This document shows, one piece after another, positions 55,135 through 64,000 of a stretch of 64,000 nt of DNA. Source of the stretch: Pecten maximus (Eukaryota); assembly GCF_902652985.1 (NCBI RefSeq), contig NC_047024.1, positions 35,588,001-35,652,000 of the forward strand. The letters run 5' to 3'. The notes below the pieces were generated by a model, which had not been told where the DNA came from, ran no database searches, and saw nothing but the letters and a program-made list of their open reading frames with translations. Made by a program: the position numbers and the translations under genes. How positions within the stretch are numbered: position 1 is the first letter of the stretch; each line of letters starts with the position of its first letter.

Positions 55135-55576
55135 GTCCACGGTACAGGCCTATGTTTGATTATTGAACTCACGTAATTCAAAAAGGTAACAATTATAAGA
55201 TACTTTTTAACTTTTCATTGTGATATCATTACTCCATGAAATGTGCAATAAATTAATGACGTTACAACGTGATTACGCCACATCAAATCATGTCGTAAAG
55301 AATTGTCGCGGCATAGCGCGTGTAAGCTGTCTATCCCTACCCGGTTGGAGATCGATTTTTCTCACATACTTCAAAGGGTTTTCCCGCGGTTGCTAGGGAA
55401 AAGATTGATAGAATATTTCACCCCTTTTTGGAAGAGATAGGGGATCCGAGGGGGAGATTGTTAAATTCGCAAACACGAGCCTTGCTGAGTGTTTGGGAAC
55501 TTAACAAAGACAGGGGAATCTCAACCCTCGGGGTAAGATGCTAAAGCTGCATAACACTCGGCAAGACTCGTGTTTC

Positions 55577-55913
55577 TCAACTCAGCTAACCCTCACAGGG
55601 TATATAGCTGTGAGCAAAGATTGTAACCTTAATCAACTCGTTAAACCCATTCTCAGCTCAACTAACCCTCAGAGGATATATAGCTGTGAGCAAAGACTGT
55701 AACTTTAATCAACTCGTTAAACCCTTACTCAACTCAGCTAACCCTCACAGGGTATATAGCTGTGAGCAAAGACTGTAACTTTAATCAACTCGTTAAACCC
55801 TTACTCAACTCAGCTAATCCTTACAGGGTATATTGCTGGAGCAAAGGCTGTAACCTAAAACAAAACGTTAAACCCTTACTAACTCAGCTAACCCTCACAG
55901 GGTATTGTGTAAC
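55577..55913. repeat. Short second array of the 76-bp satellite family
   Basis: Same unit and same terminal unit (..ctcagctaaccctcaca..tattgtgtaaca) as at 53460-53528. Confidence 0.9.
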
Positions 55914-56615
55914 ACATCGTATTACAGGTTGTAATACCTTTTAAGATAAGATGTTATTTACGCTACCATTATGTATATACATCGGTGTTATATGATCAAG
56001 CTTATACAAATGTTTCTTTTCTGACCGATTCATAATCAACATAACAAGTCTGTCGTCATACTGGTGGGGAGCTATTACTCCTCATGTCCTCTTGACCAAT
56101 AGTTATGTGATATACTATAAGGATTCTGTTGTTTTGAAAGCTGATTAATCGTAAACTTGCTGAGTGTTTGGGAACTTAACAAAGACAGGGGAATCTCAAC
56201 CCTCGAGGTAAGATGCTTAAGCTTCATAACACTCGGCAAGACTCGCAACTAGGAATCTTCCGCCCCAGGAAGGGGTTCCCCTGTCTCACCCCAGGAGGTA
56301 AAATATTCTGTTGATCCCATCCCTAGCAACCATTGGATCACCCTAAGGAAGTATGTGAGACACCCTCCAGGAGGTAAAAGTTTCTATTGTTTCCTTTCCT
56401 AGTAACCACGGGATCACCCTGTGAAGTATGTGAGAAGTCGTAAACTCGTTATGTTTTCCTTATTTTCCTCCCCCTCCTGTATACTTCTTGGACTTTGTTT
56501 CCGTGTGTTGTCATCATTCCATTTGTCTTCATTATGAACAAAAAGGGGACCGAAGGAAAAGAAAAAGAAAATATGCTAAAAAAAATCAAAAGCAAAGCAC
56601 AGCAAAATGTGCCTG

Positions 56616-57879
56616 CAAGTTGTCATTTATTCAAGGAGCAACGTTGATTCAGGATTTTACCAAATTATATAAGATATCTTATACATGTATACTTTATAAG
56701 ATATCTTGTATATTAAATGAGATATCTTATATACTTTTCTTTATAAGATATCTTATATAATATATAAGATATCTCATAAAAGATATAAGATATCTTATAA
56801 AGAAAATTAAATAAGATATATTATAAACTTTAGAAGATATCTTATATACTTTATAAGATATCTTATATGCTTTATAAGATATCTTGTATATTAAATGAGA
56901 TATCTTATATACTTTTCTTTATAAGATATCTTATGTAATATATAAGATATCTCATAAAAGATTTAAGATATCTTATAAAGAAAATTAAATAAGATATCTT
57001 ATAAACTTTAGACGATATCTTATATACTTTATAAGATATCGTATATACTTTATAAGATATCTTATATATTATATAAGCTATCTTATAAAGGAAATTATCT
57101 AAGATATCTTATAAAATTCGATTATAAGATATCTTATTAAGAACGAGATTTCAATTTGAGATAATGAACTCTCCCCCACTCGATGAAAGAGCCGAGATGA
57201 AGCTGAAACTACATAAAATGGTTTAAAACAAATTCATAATTGCTATATATTCATGTTTGCTCGAACACGACATCTGCACCGTGCCTAGCCGATCGTGATC
57301 CCGACAGAGGGTTGATTGTGAATGTTCCGCTTGCCTTCCAATAAAACGGAAGTTACCTTACAGAGGGAGCAGTCATTCTCGAACTTTTATGTTTTGCCGG
57401 TCTCACGAGAGTCTCGTTCTTTATAATATATCTTATAAAAACCTTTCTTTATAAGCTATCTTATATATTATATAAGATATCATATCTTTTATCAGATATC
57501 TTGTATACTTTATAAGATATCTCTTGAATAAAAGTTTATAAGATATCTTATAAAAGATATAGGATATCTTATATATCATGTAAGATATCTTATATATTAT
57601 ATAAGATATCTTATATAAGATATTTGATATATTATATAAGATATCTTATATATTATATGGGATATCTTATATCTTATATAAGATATCTTATATATTATAT
57701 GGGATATCTTATATCTTATATAAGATATCTTATAAACTTTAAATAAGATATCTTATAATTATATAAGATATCTCATCAACATATAAGATATCTTATAAAC
57801 ATATCAGGTATCTTGTATAATTTGGTAAAATACTGGATCAACATTGCTCCGCGAATAAATGACAACTTTGCTTGCCGTA
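56616..57879. mobile_element. MITE with long TIRs and a tataagatatcttata interior (IS3EU-like right end CCGTA)
   Basis: aagttgtcatttattc..ttttaccaaattata is inverted to tataatttggtaaaa..gaataaatgacaactttgcttgccgta. Confidence 0.88.
57139..57421. mobile_element. Nested small TIR element
   Basis: aagaacgaga / tctcgttctt ends bound a GC-richer island inside the AT-rich MITE. Confidence 0.65.
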
Positions 57880-58193
57880 CAGCAAAATGTGCCTGATATA
57901 TTCCGATCACGCTATATACATTTGTATTACCATTTTGTCAGATACTAATCTGCCTGCTGATTAACTATGCATCAACCTACCTACCTCGACTATCGGTTGT
58001 TTTGGAGTCCCCTGTGTAATTTCAGCCGGGAATCAATATGAATGTTTGGTAACGTTAGTTCAAGTGTAGTTGTTTTTCTTGTCACTGTGACTGTGTAGTA
58101 TGGCTTATATACATTGGGAACCGCAATGGTTTATGAAGGAATCAGTGCTGACAAGTAAGTATGAGTGTTGTAATTATATAAGGGAGCATTCTC

Positions 58194-58483
58194 TATGACA
58201 AGCCAAGTTGTTATACATGCGAGGAGTAATGTTGATCCAGTATTTTACCAAATTATATGATATATAAGATATCTTATATAATTATGAGATTTCTTATATG
58301 TTTATTATATTTCTTATATGTTTATGATATATCTCGTATGTTAATTATATATCATATGTTTATACGATAATATTTTTAAAGAATATGATATGTCTAATAT
58401 GTTATATAGGATATCATATATTAATCTGGTAAAATACTGCATCAACATTGCTCCGTGATTAATTGACAACTTTGCTTTGCATA
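58194..58483. mobile_element. Shorter, older copy of the 56616-57879 MITE family
   Basis: Shares aatgttgatccagtattttaccaaattata and its inverse. Confidence 0.8.
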
Positions 58484-58907
58484 CTTGACACTTGTTCTCA
58501 TTTGTATTAAGGTCTACTAATATATTAATTGTTTACTTCTCTCGTTGATTTTCGTATTTCAATATTTTCTTTTTGCGTTTGACATTAACTATGCCAAAAT
58601 GGATATTTACCCATTGCAACGATTCGGAAAGACAGAAATCACCTCCAATGTAGCTGTATTGAAATGTACTTGGTGACAGGCGTCATTTTTCACCAAATCT
58701 CCATAGAAAATTATTAAACCTTTCGAATTGAATATGAATTTCTCTGTTATATGATATGACTACAAAATTAGCGACATATTATTTATTATTAAATATATAT
58801 ATATACAATAAGGTTTTAAACGATAATTGATACATTATTTTACATATTTCACTTTCATTTTATATGTTTAAACAAAACACACTAAAATAAGCTAAAGTTA
58901 AAATAAT

Positions 58908-59236
58908 TAAGGATCAACTTGAATACATTTTTAATGTTATGAAGGTTTAATACATAAAAAAGTGTATGCTATAAATAAACCGCGAATCGGTTTTATAATG
59001 AGAGTGTGTGTGAAATAACTCCATAACATAAAATATATTCAAGTTAATCCTTATAATTTAATCTATACCCCGCAAAAAATAACTTTATTGGTGGACTTTT
59101 TTCCGTACCAAATCACTACTCTGCTCCATCTTCCAATCAAAAGCGACGTTATGAACGGCGACGTCATATTTTACAATATGGACTGGTAACATAAATTTCT
59201 AAGCCAATGAAAATGCTTGTTACAAACAAGATTATA
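58908..59236. mobile_element. Non-autonomous terminal-hairpin element E5
   Basis: Hairpin taaggatcaacttgaata..tattcaagttaatcctta (58908-59053) with apex aaccgcGAAtcggtt and a subterminal ccaat motif; the B/B' repeat is weak. Confidence 0.55.
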
Positions 59237-59525
59237 TAAAAAAGAAATCAATTGATATTTGATTTTGACTGAGGTCTATAGTGTCATAATACATTTTGTT
59301 TTTATATACCGATGGGACAGGAGAGTCGACTGTCACCAAGCTGGGGTATGGCTGATATGTTTAATTATTACTACAAAAGTATCAGCATAAGATATGTTGA
59401 TCAGACGATACTATATTTTATTCATTGTATGTTCTTAATTCATTTGATAGCATTTTTTTTCCCGTAGACTCTGAGACAACCTCGATAAACAAAACTGATA
59501 ACACCGTGTACTATGATATGTAGCC

Positions 59526-59559
59526 ATGGCATGGCCTCTAATGATATCGGTGTTAACAG
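59526..59559 (+). CDS. Fibrinogen-related gene, first coding exon (signal peptide MAWPLMISVLT)
   Basis: gccATGG Kozak context; AG|gtatgt phase-1 donor joins the next exon to give hydrophobic MAWPLMISVLTVNVAVSS; upstream acceptor tttcccgtag at 59467. Confidence 0.75.
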
Positions 59560-59749
59560 GTATGTATTTTACCTGCAATGGATCATGTATATGTATCATT
59601 TTTTTAATACATTTTGTAGTTGTCTCATGCATGTTATGCAAAATAATGATCCCAGATAGATTTTTTCTTAAGACATAAATTTTATTACTGATGTGGCAAC
59701 TTCAAATAAGAATTTAACAATTACACCATATGCTGAAAAATATATAAAA

Positions 59750-60688
59750 ATCTGCAGCATACAGCTGTTACTTCATTCTTGTACTCGTCAATGATATTAG
59801 GGACATCATATAGCTGTTACGTCATTCTGGGACCCGTCAGTGATACTAGAGACATCATGTAGCTTTTACGTCATTATCGGACCCTGTCAGTGATACTAGG
59901 GACATCATATAGCTATAACGTCATTCTGGGACCCGTCAGTGATACTAGGGATATCCTATAGCTGTTACGTCATTTTGAGAACCGTCAGTGATACTAGGGA
60001 CATCATATAGCTATTACGTCATTATGGGACCCGACAGTGATACCAGGGGCATCATATAGCTGTTATGGCATTCTGTGTCCCGTTAGTGATACTAGGGACA
60101 TCATATAGCTGTTACGTCGTTCTGGGACCCGTCAGTGATACTAGGGACATCCTATAGCTGTTACGTCGTTCTGGGACCCGTCAGTGATACTAGGGACATC
60201 ATATAGCTGTTATGGCATTCTGTGTCCCGTTAGTGATACTAGGGACATCATATAGCTGTTACGTCGTTCTGGGATCCGTCAGTGATACTAGGGACATCCT
60301 ATAGCTGTTACGTCGTTCTGGGACCCGTCAGTGATACTAGGGACATCATATAGATAGTACGTCGTTCTGGGACCCGTCAGTGATACTAGGGACATCATAT
60401 AGATAGTACGTCATTATGGGACCCGTCAGTGATACTAGGGACATCCTATAGCTGTTACGTCGTTCTGGGACCCGTCAGTGATACTAGGGACATCCTATAG
60501 CTGTTACGTCGTTCTGGGACCCATCAGTGATACTAGGGACATCCTATAGCTGTTACGTCGTTCTGGGACCCGTCAGTGATACTAGGGACATCCTATAGCT
60601 ATTACGTCGTTCTAGGACCCGTCAGTGATACTAGGGACATCCTATAGCTGTTATGTCGTTCTAGGATCCGTCAGTGATACTAGGGACC
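59750..60688. repeat. Intronic 49-bp minisatellite
   Basis: cagtgatactagggacatc(a/c)tatagctgttacgtcgttctgggacccgt. Confidence 0.97.
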
Positions 60689-60938
60689 AGAAAGTTGAAA
60701 TTAAGAAAATCAGAAAATAAAACAGGGGCGGTACGGGAACCCCCATATTTAATTAATGCCATAGAGAGGTGGGCGGTGTTATTGACGATATTATTATATA
60801 ACATTACCTACGTTATTCATATGTTTTTTCTTGATGGAATTGTATCTTTACAAACTTCTCAAACTTCATCTGATTTAAAAAGAAAACTAAATTATTGAAA
60901 GCAATTAATACAAAAACCTCAATTATTATTTATTACAG

Positions 60939-61352
60939 TGAATGTAGCCGTCAGTAGTTTCGAAACTATTCAGCAAATATGGGATACGGAAACATTCGAA
61001 GTCATCACACATGGTCATTTACAAGATAATGCCGTTCGGAACATCTTAGTTGCATCGTCCATTGAGTGTGTTTTGGCCGCCTTCAACCTGTCAATAGCGT
61101 CATATGACGAGTCATCTCAGCGATGTGTTCTTTACGATACCATCGATAAAACAGCAGACACAAAAAGAGACAACTTACTCTACATACATGAGATTACCGG
61201 AAGTAACAATACACGACATGAGATTACCGGAAGTAACAATACACGATACGAGATTACCGGAAGTAACAATACACGATATGAGATGACCGGAAGTAACAAT
61301 ACACGACATGAGATTACCGGAGGTAACAATACACGACATGAGATTACCGGAG
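60939..61352 (+). CDS. Fibrinogen-related gene, exon 2: degenerate PAN/apple-like domain plus HEITGSNNTR repeat linker (3' end uncertain, 61202-61442)
   Basis: ttacag acceptor in phase 1; SSIECVLAA..SYDESSQRCVLY; phase-1 donors recur every 30 bp. Confidence 0.7.
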
Positions 61353-61458
61353 GTAATAATACACGACATGATATTACCGGAAGTAACAATACACGACATG
61401 AGATTACCGGAAGTAACAATACACGACATGATATTACCGGAAGTTACAATACACGACA
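61188..61458. repeat. 30-bp repeat, 9 copies
   Basis: catgagattaccggaagtaacaatacacga. Confidence 0.97.
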
Positions 61459-61459
61459 A

Positions 61460-62100
61460 ACTTACTCTCTATACTCACACTCTATACTTTGGTTTTTATA
61501 CTTACTCTCTATAGTGTGGGTTTTATACTTACTCTCTATACTTTGGGTTTTATACTTACTCTCTATACTTTGAGTTTTATACTTACTCTCTATACTTTAG
61601 GTTTTATACTTACTCTCTATACTTTAGGTTTTAGACTGTCTCTCTTTAGTGTGGGTTTTAGATTTATTCTCTATAGTGTGGGTTTTATACTTACTCTCTA
61701 TACTTTGGGTTTTATACTTACTCTCTATACTTTGGGTTTTATACTTACTCTCTATACTTTGGGTTTTATACTTACTCTCTATACTTTGGGTTTTATACTT
61801 ACTTTACACGGTTTAGGTTTTATACTTACTCTCTATACTTTGGTTTTATACTTACTCTCTATACTTTAGGTTTTACACTGACTCTCTATAGTGTGGGTTT
61901 TATACTTACTCTCTATACTTTGGGTTTTATACTTACTTTATACGGTTTAGGTTTTATACTTACTCTCTATAGTGTTGGTTTTAGACTTACTTTCTATGGT
62001 TTGGGTTTTAGACTTATTATCTATAGTGTGGGTTTTAGACTTATTCTCTATTGTGCGGATTTTAGATACACTATCTCTATTTTGGGCTTAATACTGTCTT
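61460..62100. repeat. Intronic 27-bp minisatellite
   Basis: ttttatacttactctctatactttggg. Confidence 0.95.
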
Positions 62101-62928
62101 AGATGTAAGTTATTATATGATTTTCGAATAATTATGTATAGCTCTCATCCGTATTGAATCTCAGTGAGTCTTTCCAACATAACTAACTGGTAATATGGTA
62201 GCCCGACCAGAATAAATATGAGCTCAGATCGATTGCGCAGATTTTCTACGTAATTTTTTTGTATGGTTTGATTGTGTGATTTTGGAAAAAGTTAATTTTA
62301 ACTCATAATTAGTATAACGCCTTTTCCCCCTTAAGATGAAGTAAAATGACATATGAATTCTTATTAAGACGCCTTCCGCTGGTTGGACTGGTTGCTTAAC
62401 AATTTATTCCAACAAATCCTTTTTCCTCTCTCAACACCAATACGCGGTATTTCATCCGGATGCAGGTGGGTCGTGCGTGGTGCCTGTAGTCATCTTACAT
62501 GACATTGCTTTTCTTTCTTCACAACCTTTTTCTTCCAAATATAACCCCTGACACTCACTTTTGTCTTTTCGTTTAGTCGTTTGTGAAAAAGGCTGTGGGT
62601 CCTGTCCAAAGGTCGTGTCATGTAAAGCATAATCAGGCTGGGCACTGGAACTGAAATAATTAATAAGAAAATATAACTAGCTTGTTCCTGTTTTAGTATA
62701 ATTAACCACAATTCAAGCCATGCCATTCCATCTGAAGCAGGAAAGGGAAACCCTGATAGGACGTTTGATAAAAACAACCACCAAAGGCAAGACACGTTTG
62801 CAACAGGAAATAAATTAAAACAAAATCATTACGGTGCAATAAGGCCGTATAGAAGAAATTAGCTGTATTTTGACTTGACTTACAATTTTAATACCTATAT
62901 TTACCTCTTTTCGAATAATTCAATTTAG

Positions 62929-63050
62929 ATATCAAAACGTGTGGAGACGTTGGCCAAGCGAGTTTGTCTGGAGTATATCGCATCACGCCTGTACCAGGTA
63001 GATCCTTTGATGTCTACTGTGATATGGATAGTGAAGGGGGTCCTTGGACT
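62929..63050 (+). CDS. Fibrinogen-related gene, exon 3 (start of fibrinogen C-terminal domain)
   Basis: tttag acceptor, gtaagc donor; IKTCGDVGQASLSGVYRITPVPGRSFDVYCDMDSEGGPWT. Confidence 0.93.
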
Positions 63051-63064
63051 GTAAGCATAACAAA

Positions 63065-63260
63065 TGCAATGATGTATCTATAATATCACATACAATGTTC
63101 ATTAACTACTAAATTCAATGATGTATCTATGATATCATATACAATGTTCATTAACTACTAAATACAATTATGTATCTATACTATCACGTACAATGGTCAT
63201 TAACTGCTGAATACAAGAATGTATCTTCACTATCAAGTACAATGTTCATTAACTACTTCC
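63065..63260. repeat. Intronic ~54-bp repeat, about 4 copies
   Basis: atgtatcta..tatca..tacaatg(t/g)tcattaactac. Confidence 0.8.
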
Positions 63261-63304
63261 ATGACGTCATGTTCAATATATTGACGCTATGATGTATCAC
63301 ACAG

Positions 63305-63401
63305 GCTATACAAAACCGTCAAAGCAACGAGGTTGACTTCTTCAGGAAATGGGATGAGTACAAAACTGGATTTGGTAATCTTCTCGGAAACTTTTGGTTA
63401 G
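63305..63401 (+). CDS. Fibrinogen-related gene, exon 4
   Basis: cacag acceptor, gtgtgt donor; [33 protein letters not shown] (fibrinogen-domain hallmark motifs). Confidence 0.95.
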
Positions 63402-63605
63402 GTGTGTTGGATTTGTGTTTCTTTCAAATGTAAAAGTGATACAAGTTGAACTAATAGCTAATACAAGACAAAATGTTGCTAATTATTTTCTATTTCATTA
63501 CATTTGGAAATTGCCAATTATCATGAAATTAAGATGTCATTGCTTTGTTTTTTTCTACATTTGTGTCATACCATACTTCCACATTGTACTTTATGTGTCA
63601 AACAG

Positions 63606-63767
63606 GAAACGAACAAATCCATGCCCTGACTGAGACACCGGGTATACTACGTATACAGCTGCAATCTTTGAATGGGACATTTGGTTACGCCGAATACTCA
63701 CAGTTCCAAGTTTCCAATGAGACAAATCATTATAAATTAACTGTGAATGGTTTCAGCGGCAATATCA
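63606..63767 (+). CDS. Fibrinogen-related gene, exon 5 (gene continues beyond the window)
   Basis: aacag acceptor, gtaagt donor; GNEQIHALT..LRIQLQSLNGTFGYAEYSQFQV..YKLTVNGFSGN; phases are consistent with exon 4. Confidence 0.95.
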
Positions 63768-64000
63768 GTAAGTTTGCAACGATTTCCAAACTATGGTAAT
63801 CAATTTATTAGCATAATTAAACTTAACCTATTCTAGTTCCACATCTGCCTGTCTCAATTGTACATTAGAAGCCTTTGTCAGCAGTGACACAAGAAATTGA
63901 TATACCACAATAAATTGTCTTAGGCACAAACATTTAACGCTATCATTTACTTAAATTACAGTTCACATGTAATGACGATTCTTTTCGAGAATTATGCTAG

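Noticed and set aside
61459-62102. Hydrophobic ORF tail and LYTLGFILT ORFs as membrane segments
   Set aside because: They derive from the intronic 27-bp repeat.

Overview
AT-rich, repeat-dense eukaryotic genomic DNA, probably a bivalve mollusc (inferred from repeat types and gene families; no prokaryotic features). There is a 500-N gap at 845-1344. Two host genes are supported. One is a class-A 7TM orphan peptide-receptor-like GPCR with an intronless CDS (20504-21463, +) and degenerate activation motifs. The other is a spliced secreted fibrinogen-related gene (59526 to beyond 63767, +): signal peptide, degenerate PAN/apple-like domain, 30-bp repeat linker, fibrinogen C-terminal domain, running off the window. 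The rest is mostly transposon debris: a BEL/Pao gag relic with LTR-like repeats, a CR1/L2-type RT relic, a HERO-type RLE relic, IS3EU-like MITEs, a 2.8-kb foldback element, and HINE-like and SINE fragments, plus about 15 minisatellite arrays. Two observations stand out. (1) At least five sequence-divergent non-coding elements share an A-A'-B-B' layout: a long terminal hairpin whose internal junction is the reverse complement of the element's would-be circle junction, mostly with cGNAg-type loops, and one carries a Pol III promoter-like unit. (2) In the fibrinogen-related gene, each 30-bp linker repeat carries an in-phase candidate 5' splice site and usually an N-glycosylation sequon. Most ORFs in the supplied track are spurious repeat translations.
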